Source of the DNA: Pyrodictium occultum
GTDB lineage: Archaea; Thermoproteota; Thermoprotei_A; Sulfolobales; Pyrodictiaceae
Direction of reading: 5' to 3'
DNA: 32,000 bases
NCBI RefSeq assembly: GCF_001462395.1
Contig: NZ_LNTB01000001.1
Location: 270,001 to 302,000, forward strand
Of the stretch, positions 15,394 through 23,851 are shown piece after piece. How positions within the stretch are numbered: the first letter of the stretch is position 1; each line of letters opens with the position of its first letter. The notes beneath the pieces are model-generated. The model searched no databases and was not told where the DNA came from. It was given only the letters and a program-made list of their open reading frames with translations. Both the position numbers and the translations under genes were made by a program.

Positions 15394-16347
15394 ATGGCCA
15401 TAGCTAAGCCCATACGCACAGTCTGGGACATACCCCGCGAGGAGCAGTTCGCCCCCGGCCACAGCATGTGCCAGGGCTGCGCCGCGGCCCTCATAATGAG
15501 GATGCTGATGAAGGTAGCGGGTAAGGACGCAATAGTGGTGATGGGCACTGGCTGCGTCGAGGTAACCACCACCCTGTTCCCCAGGACCGCGTGGAGGAAC
15601 CCCTGGCTCCACCTAGCCTTCGAGAACACCGGCGCCGCGGCGAGCGGCGTCGAGGCGGCGATTAAGGCGCTGCAGAGGAAGGGCGTGCTGGACCCCAACA
15701 GGAGGATAAAGGTGGTGGCGATAGCAGGTGACGGCGGCACCTTTGACATAGGGCTGCAGAGCCTCAGCGGCATGATGGAGAGGGGCCACGACGTCATGTA
15801 CGTGGTCTACGACAACGAGGCCTACATGAACACCGGCATACAGAGGAGCAGCGCCACGCCATTCGGCGCCTGGACCACCACGACCCCGGTTGGGAAGAGG
15901 ATGAGGGGCGAGCCCCACCCGAAGAAGGACATAATAGGAATAGCGCTGGCCCACAGGATACCCTACATAGCCACCGCAAACCCCGCCTACCCGACCGACA
16001 TGATGGAGAAGTTCCGGAAGGCCTACGAGACCCGGGGCCCGAGCCTTGTACACGTGCTCTCGCCCTGCACCCCTGGCTGGAGGATAAGGAACGAGCACAG
16101 CATCCATGTAGCGCGGCTGGCAGTCCTCACCGGCATGTGGGTGCAGCTCGAGATAGTGAACGGGAAGCCCAGGGTAACGGTAAAGGTGCCCAAGAGGAAG
16201 CCGGTCAGGGAGTACCTCAAGCTCCAGGGCAGGTTCCGCCACCTGACCGACGAGGAGATAGAGCAGATCCAGAAGATGGTCGACCACTACGTGGAGGAGA
16301 TCAACCGCTGGGTGGGCGAGCAGGCCATAGGCCCGGTGGCCGAGTAG
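15394..16347 (+). CDS. 2-oxoacid:ferredoxin oxidoreductase, beta subunit (TPP-binding)
   Basis: PGHSMCQGCAAA Cys motif and TPP-binding IAGDGGTFDIGLQSLSG..YDNEAYMNTG. ATG is preceded by GGGGTGGG. Confidence 0.9.
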   Translation: MAIAKPIRTVWDIPREEQFAPGHSMCQGCAAALIMRMLMKVAGKDAIVVMGTGCVEVTTTLFPRTAWRNPWLHLAFENTGAAASGVEAAIKALQRKGVLDPNRRIKVVAIAGDGGTFDIGLQSLSGMMERGHDVMYVVYDNEAYMNTGIQRSSATPFGAWTTTTPVGKRMRGEPHPKKDIIGIALAHRIPYIATANPAYPTDMMEKFRKAYETRGPSLVHVLSPCTPGWRIRNEHSIHVARLAVLTGMWVQLEIVNGKPRVTVKVPKRKPVREYLKLQGRFRHLTDEEIEQIQKMVDHYVEEINRWVGEQAIGPVAE

Positions 16348-16378
16348 GATCCCCTGGGGGCCCCACCCGCATCCCCTC

Positions 16379-16383
16379 TTTTT
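16379..16383 (+). terminator. T5 tract 32 nt after the POR beta stop
   Basis: CCCCTCTTTTTAAGG. It could terminate the POR operon and/or act as a TATA-like box for the next gene, about 62 nt downstream. Confidence 0.3.
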
Positions 16384-16444
16384 AAGGCTCCCCGGTGGAA
16401 GGGGTGCCGGCAGCCCCCTGGGGCCTCTTCGACCCCGCCGTGAG

Positions 16445-17434
16445 GTGTGGGCCCTGCCCCTTCTAGAGAAGGCTCTGCAGCTCATCGAGGAGGTGCCGTG
16501 CATAGCCGACGCCCATGTCCACCTGGTTGATAACCGCAGCCCCTGGGAGCTGGCGCTGGAGCTGGCCGGCTACCGCGTCTCCCTGGCCCAGGTCATGGAG
16601 ATCCGGCCCCCTGCCGAGCTTGTGGCGGCGAGGAGCCAGCGCGTGCTAGCCAGGGCCTGGAGGGCGGCGGAGCCCGTGCTGAGGAGGCTCGCGCCCTGGC
16701 TGCTGGAGCACTACGAGACCCCGGACCGGCTGCTGGCCGAGACCCTCATCTTCCTCTCGCGCTTCGGCCCCGTGGAGCCCCGCGAGAGCCCCAGCGGGGC
16801 GAGGCTCGTGTTCTACGCCGACCCGGAGCCGAGCCGGGGCCCCGGGGAGGTGTATGAGGCCGCCCGGAGGAGGCTCGGGGAGGGCTACCGGGGGCTCAAG
16901 CTGATCACGACGATGCACATGGTGTGGCCGGACTCGAAGGAGGTCGAGGAGGTGTTCGAGGCCGCCGAGGAGAAGGCCGTGCCCGTCCTCGTCCACGCGG
17001 GCTGCGACCCCGGCCTCTGGGAGCTGCCCGCCTTCTGCAGCCTCGGCAACCCGGAGCGGCTCGAGAGGGCCATAGCCACGCACCGGGACGTGCCGGTGAT
17101 AATAGCCCACGCGGGCGGCTACAGCGCGGCCGCGCCCGGCGTGTTCACCGAGGAGGCGGTGAAGCTGGCCCGCCGCTACCCCAACGTCTACCTCGACACG
17201 AGCGCCGTGCCCCTGGATGTCCTCGAGATAGTAGTCTCGAGCCTCCCGGCCGGGAAGATACTGCACGCCAGCGACTACCCGGTGGTGGAGGAGGACACTC
17301 CGGCCAGGAGCGCCGCCCGGCTCGTGGCGGCTGCACTGCGGAGGGGCCGGGGGCGCGGCGAGCTAGAGGCGATGCTCTACCGGAACCTCGAGGAGCTGCT
17401 CGGCGTGGAGTGCAGGCCTCTGGAGCCGCCCTAG
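16445..17434 (+). CDS. Metal-dependent TIM-barrel amidohydrolase (Amidohydrolase_2-like)
   Basis: H-x-H metal motif ADAHVHL at the N-terminus, then VLVHAG, IIAHAGG and HASDYP strands in the expected order. GTG start. Confidence 0.75.
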   Translation: MWALPLLEKALQLIEEVPCIADAHVHLVDNRSPWELALELAGYRVSLAQVMEIRPPAELVAARSQRVLARAWRAAEPVLRRLAPWLLEHYETPDRLLAETLIFLSRFGPVEPRESPSGARLVFYADPEPSRGPGEVYEAARRRLGEGYRGLKLITTMHMVWPDSKEVEEVFEAAEEKAVPVLVHAGCDPGLWELPAFCSLGNPERLERAIATHRDVPVIIAHAGGYSAAAPGVFTEEAVKLARRYPNVYLDTSAVPLDVLEIVVSSLPAGKILHASDYPVVEEDTPARSAARLVAAALRRGRGRGELEAMLYRNLEELLGVECRPLEPP

Positions 17435-17454
17435 GGCCCCCAGGGTAGCCCCCA

Positions 17455-17481
17455 GGGGCCAGGATAAGAGGGCCTGGCCCC
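17455..17481 (+). other. 9-bp GC hairpin (GGGGCCAGG-N9-CCTGGCCCC) in the 73-nt spacer before the NifX-like gene
   Basis: Arms are 17455-17463 and 17473-17481, perfectly complementary. The loop ATAAGAGGG is the only A/T-rich patch in the spacer. Confidence 0.35.
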
Positions 17482-17507
17482 CGGGAGGCACTGTACGGGG
17501 TGGTATC

Positions 17508-17903
17508 GTGGGGTGCGTCTGCGTATCAGTGGCGACGGATGACGGGGAGAGGGTCAAGCTAGGCCACTTCGGGGATGCCCGCTACTACCTCCACTACGTC
17601 CGCTGCGGCAGCGAGGGCTGGAGGCTGGAGAGGAGGGTTGAGAACCCCTACGCCAGCCGCGGCCACGGCTCCGAGGAGCACGGGGAGCACGGGGGGAAGG
17701 GCCACGGGGGTAAGAGGGCCAAGATACTCGAGCTGAACAGGGGCTGCAACGCTATAGTCGCGACCGCGCTGGGGCCCGGCGGCAGGGAGTTCATGGAGAA
17801 GCACGGGCTGCGGGTGATAATAGTCAGGCCCTATACCAGCATCGAGGAGGCGCTGAGGAGGGCTGAGGAGGAGCTGGGCCTGGCCCGCGCCGCCAGGGGC
17901 TAG
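17508..17903 (+). CDS. NifX/NifB-like (dinitrogenase FeMo-cofactor-biosynthesis domain) small protein with a His/Gly-rich insert
   Basis: The layout ..VSVATDDGERVKLGHFGDARYYLHY.. and ..CNAIVATALGPGGREFMEKHGLRVI.. matches the PF02579-type fold (HFG motif, G.G....L...GI). Insert GHGSEEHGEHGGKGHGGK at residues 52-69. Confidence 0.7.
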   Translation: MGCVCVSVATDDGERVKLGHFGDARYYLHYVRCGSEGWRLERRVENPYASRGHGSEEHGEHGGKGHGGKRAKILELNRGCNAIVATALGPGGREFMEKHGLRVIIVRPYTSIEEALRRAEEELGLARAARG

Positions 17904-18973
17904 CCCCGGAGTATCCTCTCGGCTATCGAGTCCACCTCCGTGCGGAGCGGGTCCACGGCCGGCGCCATATAGGTCCTCGTGTACTCCTCCTCTATCCTCT
18001 TTGCCTCCTCGGGGCTGTAGGCGCTGGTGTTCAGCGTTATCCCGGCCAGCACGGCGTCGGGGTAGGGGTTGAGGGCCCGGAGGAGCGCCAGCTCCTCGCC
18101 GGGCTCCGGGACGCGGAGGGGCTTCCAGGCGTGGCTGAACGCAGCCCTCCAGCGGCGGCCGGGGACGTGGGCCACCACTATGTGGGTCGGCGAGGCGCCG
18201 CGCAGGATGCCGAGGGAGACGTGGCCATAGGCCTCGTGGGTCACCGCCGCCTGGCCCTCTATAACCGCTATCTTGCAGCCCCTCTCATACTCCTCCACTA
18301 TCACCTGCTCCAGGGCCCCGGCCACGAAGTCGCTCGGCACCGCGTCCATGACCAGGCCCCGGGCGCCTAGGAGGAGCATGGTCTGCCCCGTCCCTATCAT
18401 GCAGGCGCTGGCCCCCCTTTCCTCTAGGGCCCGGTAGAGCGTGTAGGTCGCAATATTCTTCCCGGCCTCGCAGTCCGTCCCGGCTACGAGGACGCGCTTC
18501 ATCTCCGTGCCCAGCACCCTGCCGTCCCAGACCCGGAAGTACCGGGGGTCGGGCTTGCGGACGTCAACAATCCTGGCCCCTCCCCTCTCCGCTGCCTCCC
18601 GCAGCTCCGGGTCGTCGGAGAGGAAGGTGTGGAGCCCGCTGTAGACGTCGAGCCCCGCCTCCAGGGCGTCGCGGATGTCCCTCCTCCACTCCCCGGGCAG
18701 CCTCCCGCCCACCGGCGCGGCGCCCAGGATGATCGCCTCCGCGCCGGCCTCGATGGCCTCGCGGAGGCTCCTCACCACCGGTATGCCTTTCCTCCCGAGC
18801 CCCAGCACCTCGCCGGCGTCGCGGCCGGCGTTGAATGGGTCAACCACGGCCACAAGGTTCCATAGGAGGCCCCCGTCGAATATTACCAGGTCGTGGCCCG
18901 TCTTCCCCTCCTCCCTGCCGTAGGCGCCGGGGGCGTAGACAGCCGCCCTCCTCCTACCCTCGTGGTACACCAT
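17900..18973 (-). CDS. DUF1611-family protein (Rossmann-like N-domain plus P-loop-like C-domain)
   Basis: VLVAGTDCEAGKNIAT, IGTGQT, DAVPSDFVAGALE and IEGQAAVTHEAYGHVSLGILRGASP match my memory of the DUF1611 consensus (VGTDC.vGK / TGQTG / DF.aGa.E / EGQGsl.hP). Start moved to ATG 18973 (MVYHEGRR..). The upstream 21 codons are G/P/R junk. Confidence 0.8.
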   Translation of the reverse strand: MVYHEGRRRAAVYAPGAYGREEGKTGHDLVIFDGGLLWNLVAVVDPFNAGRDAGEVLGLGRKGIPVVRSLREAIEAGAEAIILGAAPVGGRLPGEWRRDIRDALEAGLDVYSGLHTFLSDDPELREAAERGGARIVDVRKPDPRYFRVWDGRVLGTEMKRVLVAGTDCEAGKNIATYTLYRALEERGASACMIGTGQTMLLLGARGLVMDAVPSDFVAGALEQVIVEEYERGCKIAVIEGQAAVTHEAYGHVSLGILRGASPTHIVVAHVPGRRWRAAFSHAWKPLRVPEPGEELALLRALNPYPDAVLAGITLNTSAYSPEEAKRIEEEYTRTYMAPAVDPLRTEVDSIAERILRG

Positions 18974-19086
18974 GGGCACGGCGCGGCACCCTGCAGGGGC
19001 CTGGCTGCGCGGGTTCTCAGGGGAGGCTCCGCCCATCCTCTTTTTGAACCCAGCGGGCGCCCGGTGGGCTGCCCGGGGCCGCGGGC

Positions 19087-20310
19087 TTGCCGCGCATAGA
19101 GAGGGTGGAGGCCTGGAGGATCCGCGCGGGGCTGCGCGGGGTCTTCCGCATCTCCTACGCCGCCCACGCGGAGCTGGAGAACATCGCCGTGGCCGTCGCG
19201 CTGGACGACGGCACCACAGGCTACGGGGAGGCCGCGCCCGCGCCCAGGGTGACGTGGGAGAGCCTCGAGGCGGTCGAGGCCTACGCCAGGGAGGCTGGGG
19301 AGAGGCTCCGGGGCCTTAGGCTCCCCGACGAGCTGGGGGAGGCGCTCCGCAGGGTCCACGCCGGGGCCCCGGGCTTCTCCTCCGCCCGCGCCGCCCTCGA
19401 GGCCGCGGTGCTGGACGCCGCGTCCAGGGCTCTCGGCGTGCCGCTCTACACGCTCCTCGGGGGCAGGCTCCGCTCGGGCCTGGAGACGGACTACACCGTC
19501 TCCCTCCCCGGGGGCGAGGCGCTGGAGGAGATCCGGAGGGGGAGGGGCAGGCTCCGGGAGGCCTTCATAGAGGCCGTCGAGTACCTTGTCGGATCCCGCT
19601 CCCAGCCCCCGGGAGACGCCCCGTTTCCCCTGCCCCGGGTCCAGGGCTTCCGCGTGCTCAAGGTGAAGCTCGGCACAGGCAGGCTTGAGGACGATGTGCT
19701 CCTCGCCGAGACGGTCTACGAGGCGTCCGGGGGCAGGGCGGTGGTAAGGGTCGACGCCAACCAGGCCTGGAGCCCCAAGCAGGCTGTCCGGGTTATCCGG
19801 AGGCTGGAGAGGAGCCTGGGGACCGCGCTCGAGCTCGTCGAGCAGCCCGTGCCCGCCGGGGCCCTGGAGGGGCTGGCCGAGGTCAGGAGGGCCGTGGAGA
19901 CCCCGGTGGCGGCCGACGAGTCAGCCAGGAGCCTCGAGGAGATAGCCAGGGTTGCCTCGATGAGGGCCGCGGACGTGGTCAACATAAAGGTGGCCAAGGT
20001 GGGCGGCCCGCTCCAGGCGGCCCGGGCGGCCTCGCTCCTAGAGGCCCACGGGCTGGAGGCCATGTGGGGGTGCATGGTGGAGACCGGGCTGGGCATCGCC
20101 CAGGCGCTCCACCCGGCCCTAGCGAGCGCCGCGACCAGGTACGTGGACCTCGACTCGCCCCTCTTCCTCAGGGAGAACCCGGTGGAGAACCCGCCCAGGT
20201 ACCGGGCCCGGGCCGGGAGGGTGGAGCTGGAGCCCCCTGGGGGCCCAGGCCTGGGTCCCAGGCCCCGCCGCGGGGCTACTGGGCCAGCTCCGCAGTCCTC
20301 CGGGCTATGA
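19087..20310 (+). CDS. Enolase-superfamily racemase/epimerase (MLE subgroup, dipeptide / N-acyl-amino-acid epimerase-like)
   Basis: Complete catalytic set in order: K-x-K (VLKVKLG), metal ligands D (VRVDANQAW), E (LVEQPV) and D (AADES), second base K (NIKVAKVGG), then CMVETG. TTG start. An insert of about 25 aa precedes the KxK strand. The Pro/Gly-rich C-terminal tail overlaps the convergent gene by 35 nt. Confidence 0.85.
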   Translation: MPRIERVEAWRIRAGLRGVFRISYAAHAELENIAVAVALDDGTTGYGEAAPAPRVTWESLEAVEAYAREAGERLRGLRLPDELGEALRRVHAGAPGFSSARAALEAAVLDAASRALGVPLYTLLGGRLRSGLETDYTVSLPGGEALEEIRRGRGRLREAFIEAVEYLVGSRSQPPGDAPFPLPRVQGFRVLKVKLGTGRLEDDVLLAETVYEASGGRAVVRVDANQAWSPKQAVRVIRRLERSLGTALELVEQPVPAGALEGLAEVRRAVETPVAADESARSLEEIARVASMRAADVVNIKVAKVGGPLQAARAASLLEAHGLEAMWGCMVETGLGIAQALHPALASAATRYVDLDSPLFLRENPVENPPRYRARAGRVELEPPGGPGLGPRPRRGATGPAPQSSGL

Positions 20311-20827
20311 GCCTCCTTCCCTGAGGGGCACGGCTGCAGAGGCTCCAGTGGATGGCGTAGAGCATGTAGCTAGCCGCCTCCAGCAGCATGGAGATGCGGC
20401 TGGCCAGCTCCCGGGGCACCTCCCCCTCCTCGTGGGCCCGGGCGATCAGCCTGTCGCCGGCCCGGAGCCTGGCCATGGCGAGCACTATGTCGGGGTCCTC
20501 GGGGCTGCAGCCAGTGAGGCTCCAGCCGCCGGGCCGCTCGAGGCCCCGGGCGGCCTCCTCTATGAGCCGCAGGGGCTGCCCCGGGTCCACGGCGCCTGCC
20601 AGGACGCCGGGGAGGAGGCGGATGGCGCGCTGGAGGAGGTAGAGCCTCTCCGCGGTGGCGGGGTCGCGGGCCTCCAGCTGCAGCCTGGCCCTGGCTATGA
20701 GGGCCTCGGCCTCCTCGACCGCGCCGTAGAGCTCGATCACCGGGCTGTGCTTGGGGAGCCTCACCAGCCTCCCTGCTATCACTGCCTCCGTGTCCAGGCC
20801 GGTCCCGCCGTGGCAGGCGTCGGCCAT
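20276..20827 (-). CDS. Divergent PduO-type cob(I)alamin adenosyltransferase-like protein (Cob_adeno_trans fold)
   Basis: The helical-bundle layout resembles PduO-type ATR: ..LPKHSPVIELYGAVEEAEALIARAR.. (compare K.d.RvEayGt.DEln..ig), ..LAMARLRAGDRLIARA.., ..LEAASYMLYAIH... The N-terminal ATP motif is degenerate (HGGTGLDT versus TGDxGxT). ATG 20827 was chosen because a CTTATA box lies about 35 nt upstream. Confidence 0.5.
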   Translation of the reverse strand: MADACHGGTGLDTEAVIAGRLVRLPKHSPVIELYGAVEEAEALIARARLQLEARDPATAERLYLLQRAIRLLPGVLAGAVDPGQPLRLIEEAARGLERPGGWSLTGCSPEDPDIVLAMARLRAGDRLIARAHEEGEVPRELASRISMLLEAASYMLYAIHWSLCSRAPQGRRLIARRTAELAQ

Positions 20828-20859
20828 CTGCACAGGAGGCTCCCTCAGAAGTAACACCC

Positions 20860-20865
20860 TATAAG
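20860..20865 (-). promoter_or_regulatory. TATA box (CTTATA on the - strand) for the PduO-like gene
   Basis: It lies in the 26-nt A/T-rich spacer after the upstream gene's stop, about 35 nt from ATG 20827. This argues against the GTG 20857 start. Confidence 0.35.
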
Positions 20866-20883
20866 TGCAGTATTTATTCGTAT

Positions 20884-21624
20884 CTATGGAGAGGCGTGGA
20901 GCCCATGCATAGCCATGTATGATGCCACGGCGGGGCCATGCGCCGGGAGCAGCCCGGCGTGGTAGGCCGCCAGCAGGATGGCCAGGCTCACCAGGGGCAC
21001 GCTGATGTTATCGTCGACGAGCCCGGACTTCTCGGCCAGCGCGGCCGCGGCGGCGGCGAGGCCGCCCACGGGGCCCAGCATGGCCAGGCCCGCGGGGAGG
21101 CCCACCGCTAGGAAGCCGAGGGTGCCGTCCCAGCTCTTCACCCGGCGGCGCTGCCTTATCCCCCTTATTATCCCGGTGACCCCGTCGCCGAAGCTCATGA
21201 GGAATAGGGGGAGCACCGCTATCCTGACGTCGAAGGGCCAGGCCACGAGGACGGCTAGAGCCCAGCTTATGCAGTAGTAGACCTCGCTAATGTTACCGGG
21301 GTCCTGGAACCAGGTCATCAGCCTCCCCGTGCGGTGGGGGAGGTAGACGTAGGCGGCGAGCAGCAGGCCGAGGATGAAGGGCACCCAGGGCTCGCGGAAC
21401 ACGAAGGGGACCAGGAGGGCTACCAGCCCGCCGGCCGCCATGTGGATAACCTTCCTGGCGAAGTAGATGCCCACCGCCTCGCCCCAGCGGCTGCGGGCCC
21501 GCTCGTAGCTCCAGCGGGCGAGCCCGTGGATGCTGAAGAGCACCCAGGCTGCCAGGGGGAGAGACCTGAGAAGGTCCTGGAGGAGGAGCCCCGTGTCGGC
21601 CCGGTAGGCCCCGAGGATGTCCAA
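20884..21624 (-). CDS. Polyprenol/dolichol kinase-like membrane protein (CTP-transferase-1 / phosphatidate cytidylyltransferase family)
   Basis: About 7 TM helices. KVIHMAAGG and the C-terminal signature SFGDGVTGIIRG...R..KSWDGTLGF match the family motif GD..A..iG...G....KS.EGt. TTG start is uncertain. Confidence 0.65.
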   Translation of the reverse strand: MDILGAYRADTGLLLQDLLRSLPLAAWVLFSIHGLARWSYERARSRWGEAVGIYFARKVIHMAAGGLVALLVPFVFREPWVPFILGLLLAAYVYLPHRTGRLMTWFQDPGNISEVYYCISWALAVLVAWPFDVRIAVLPLFLMSFGDGVTGIIRGIRQRRRVKSWDGTLGFLAVGLPAGLAMLGPVGGLAAAAAALAEKSGLVDDNISVPLVSLAILLAAYHAGLLPAHGPAVASYMAMHGLHASP

Positions 21625-21769
21625 CGCTATTGCCTACCTCCAGCCCTCTAGGGGCTGGATACCAGGGCCCCGGGCGGCTTATATACTGTCCCTCCACCCC
21701 GGCAGCTGTCAGGGGAACGGATAGCTTTAACTGTGGGCTTCGCGTGGGCCCTGGCGCCGGGGCCGCATC

Positions 21770-23851
21770 GTGGCGCAGGTAAGGCTGCTGGCAAGCTATA
21801 AGCCGCCAGTCGGCGGCGGCAGGACCCCAGAGTTCTGGAGCCGCGACAGGATACTGGCGGTGAGGTACGCCGCCACCAAGGGCTTGGAGAGGACAGTAGT
21901 TAGCATGCCCCGGGCCCGGGGCAGGCTCCTGGACAGGATGGGGATACGGGGCCTCAGCCCCAGGGAGGTCAACGAGCTGGCCAGGAAGCTGGGCCCGGAG
22001 GGGATAGACAGGCTGGACGTGGACGTGGGCCTCGAGTTTGCCGGCGCCAGGCTCCGGGTCCCAGTCTACCTCGGGGACATGAGCTTCGGAGCCCTATCCG
22101 GCAACCCCAACATAGCGCTCGCCAGGGCAGCCGACCTGGCCGGGGCCGTGGTGGGCGTCGGGGAGGGCGGCCTCCACCCCGAGGTGGGGAAGCACCGCAA
22201 CATAGTGATCCAGTGGGCGAGCGGCCGCTTCGGCGTGGACCGTGACATGCTCCGCCGGGGGCTCGCGGTGAACATCAAGATCGGCCAGGGGGCCAAGCCG
22301 GGGATAGGGGGCCACCTGCCCGGCAAGAAGGTGGTCGGCGACATCGCCAGGCTGCGCAAGCTCCCGCCGGGGAGCGAGGCGCTGAGCCCCGCGCCCCACC
22401 ACGACATCTACAGCATCGAGGACCTGGCGCAGAGGGTGAAGATGCTCCGCGAGCTCACGGGCCGCCCGGTGCTGGTGAAGACAGCTGCGACCAACCAGGT
22501 GGGCTTCGTCGCCCTCGGCACGGCCAGGGCGACCGCCATGGGGATTATAATCGATGGCGCGGGCGCCGGCACGGGGGCGACGCCGAGGATAGTGAGGGAC
22601 CACGTGGGGATGCCCGTCGACTACGCCGTGCCCGTGGCTGACAGGCTCCTCCGCGAGAACGGGCTCAGGGACGGCTTCCTGGTGATAGGTGGGGGCATGG
22701 TTTCGAGCGGCGAGGATATAGCTAAGCTTATCCTGCTCGGAGCCAACATGGCTAATATCGGTACCGCCGCTCTGCTGGCGGTGGGCTGCATAATGTGCCA
22801 TATATGCAACACGGGTAACTGCCCCACGGCGCTCACCAACAGGGTAGACAGCCCCCTGAAGCTCGACATAGACTGGGCAACGGCCAGGCTGGTTACCTGG
22901 CTTAGGGCGGTGGAGAGGAGCCTCAAGCTCATAACCTACGCGCTCGGCGAGGATAGCCTCCAGAAGCTCGTGGGCCGCCGCGACCTCCTCGAGCTCCACA
23001 ACGCGGACGAGCGCGTAGCCAAGGTGCTGGGCGTGGAGCTGGCGGAGCCCGGGCAGGTGGCCTGGTACGGCGACCCCAGCGAGGAGCCGGTGCCCCGCGA
23101 GGTCTACATGGAGGCTAAGACCCCCGTGCTGGGGATGGGCGGCTACGTGCCCGGCTACACGACGCCTGCCGAGAGGCCGCTGGACCTGCTCCGGATAGAG
23201 GCCGCCCAGGTGACGAGGCCGAGTGTGGACCCCTACCGGGAGGAGATAGACCTCAGGGTGAGGCTGCCCGGCGGCAGCGTCTACGAGGCCCCAATAGCAG
23301 TGCCCTGCCTCGAGGAGCCCCTGGCCGAGGCGGCCGAGGCGCTCGGCTACCCGCTCGAGTGTAGGCTGATGGAGCACCCCCATGCTGTGGCTGTCCCGCC
23401 CGGCGCCGAGCCCCCCGCGGGCGCGAGCCTCGTCATCGTGGACGAGGAGCTGAGGGGTGGCGGCGGCCGCTCCAAGCCCTGGCTGGAGGAGTGGGTGGTG
23501 AGGCTCGACGACGAGGCCTGGCGCCGGGGTGTGAGGGAGAGGGTGGCCATCGTCGCGGCCGGCGACCTGAGGAGCGCCGCCGATGTGTACAAGCTGCTGG
23601 CGCTGGGCGCTGACCTGGTGTCTGTGAGGAGGCCGCTGCGCTGGCTGCGGAGGAGGCTCTCGGGCTGGCCCTCAGAGAGGAGGAGGGAGGCCTACGAGAA
23701 CACGCTGATAGCCATGACCTGGGAGCTTAAGCTGCTGATGGGCGCCGGCGGGCTGACCAGCTACCAGAGCCTGCAGGGCAACCGGTGGCTCCTCCGCAGC
23801 CTCGACGGCGCCGTGGCCGAGAGGCTCGGGGTGCTGGTGGCCGGCGAGTAG
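21770..23851 (+). CDS. Glutamate-synthase-type FMN/Fe-S barrel subunit (GltB domain-2-like) with an extra C-terminal degenerate barrel
   Basis: MSFGALS, GVGEGG, KIGQGAKPGIGGHLPG, GAGTGATP, GGGMVSSGEDIAKLILLGA, and cluster motif GCIMCHICNTGNCP. There is no Cys in the first 95 aa, so no ferredoxin domain. Residues about 430-693 repeat the barrel pattern in degenerate form. GTG start. Confidence 0.85.
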   Translation: MAQVRLLASYKPPVGGGRTPEFWSRDRILAVRYAATKGLERTVVSMPRARGRLLDRMGIRGLSPREVNELARKLGPEGIDRLDVDVGLEFAGARLRVPVYLGDMSFGALSGNPNIALARAADLAGAVVGVGEGGLHPEVGKHRNIVIQWASGRFGVDRDMLRRGLAVNIKIGQGAKPGIGGHLPGKKVVGDIARLRKLPPGSEALSPAPHHDIYSIEDLAQRVKMLRELTGRPVLVKTAATNQVGFVALGTARATAMGIIIDGAGAGTGATPRIVRDHVGMPVDYAVPVADRLLRENGLRDGFLVIGGGMVSSGEDIAKLILLGANMANIGTAALLAVGCIMCHICNTGNCPTALTNRVDSPLKLDIDWATARLVTWLRAVERSLKLITYALGEDSLQKLVGRRDLLELHNADERVAKVLGVELAEPGQVAWYGDPSEEPVPREVYMEAKTPVLGMGGYVPGYTTPAERPLDLLRIEAAQVTRPSVDPYREEIDLRVRLPGGSVYEAPIAVPCLEEPLAEAAEALGYPLECRLMEHPHAVAVPPGAEPPAGASLVIVDEELRGGGGRSKPWLEEWVVRLDDEAWRRGVRERVAIVAAGDLRSAADVYKLLALGADLVSVRRPLRWLRRRLSGWPSERRREAYENTLIAMTWELKLLMGAGGLTSYQSLQGNRWLLRSLDGAVAERLGVLVAGE

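Noticed and set aside
22094-23383. Very long antisense ORFs opposite well-supported genes. Examples: 22094-23383 (429 aa), 24531-25859 (442 aa), 4147-5229 (360 aa), 15613-16503 (296 aa), 28821-29777 (318 aa), 191-1243 (350 aa), 13057-13704 (215 aa) and 16646-17266 (206 aa).
   Set aside because: Their composition is R/P/G/H-rich or S/T-rich with no recognisable motifs. Each lies fully inside a gene with strong family signatures on the other strand. Stop-codon scarcity at this GC content produces such shadow ORFs routinely.
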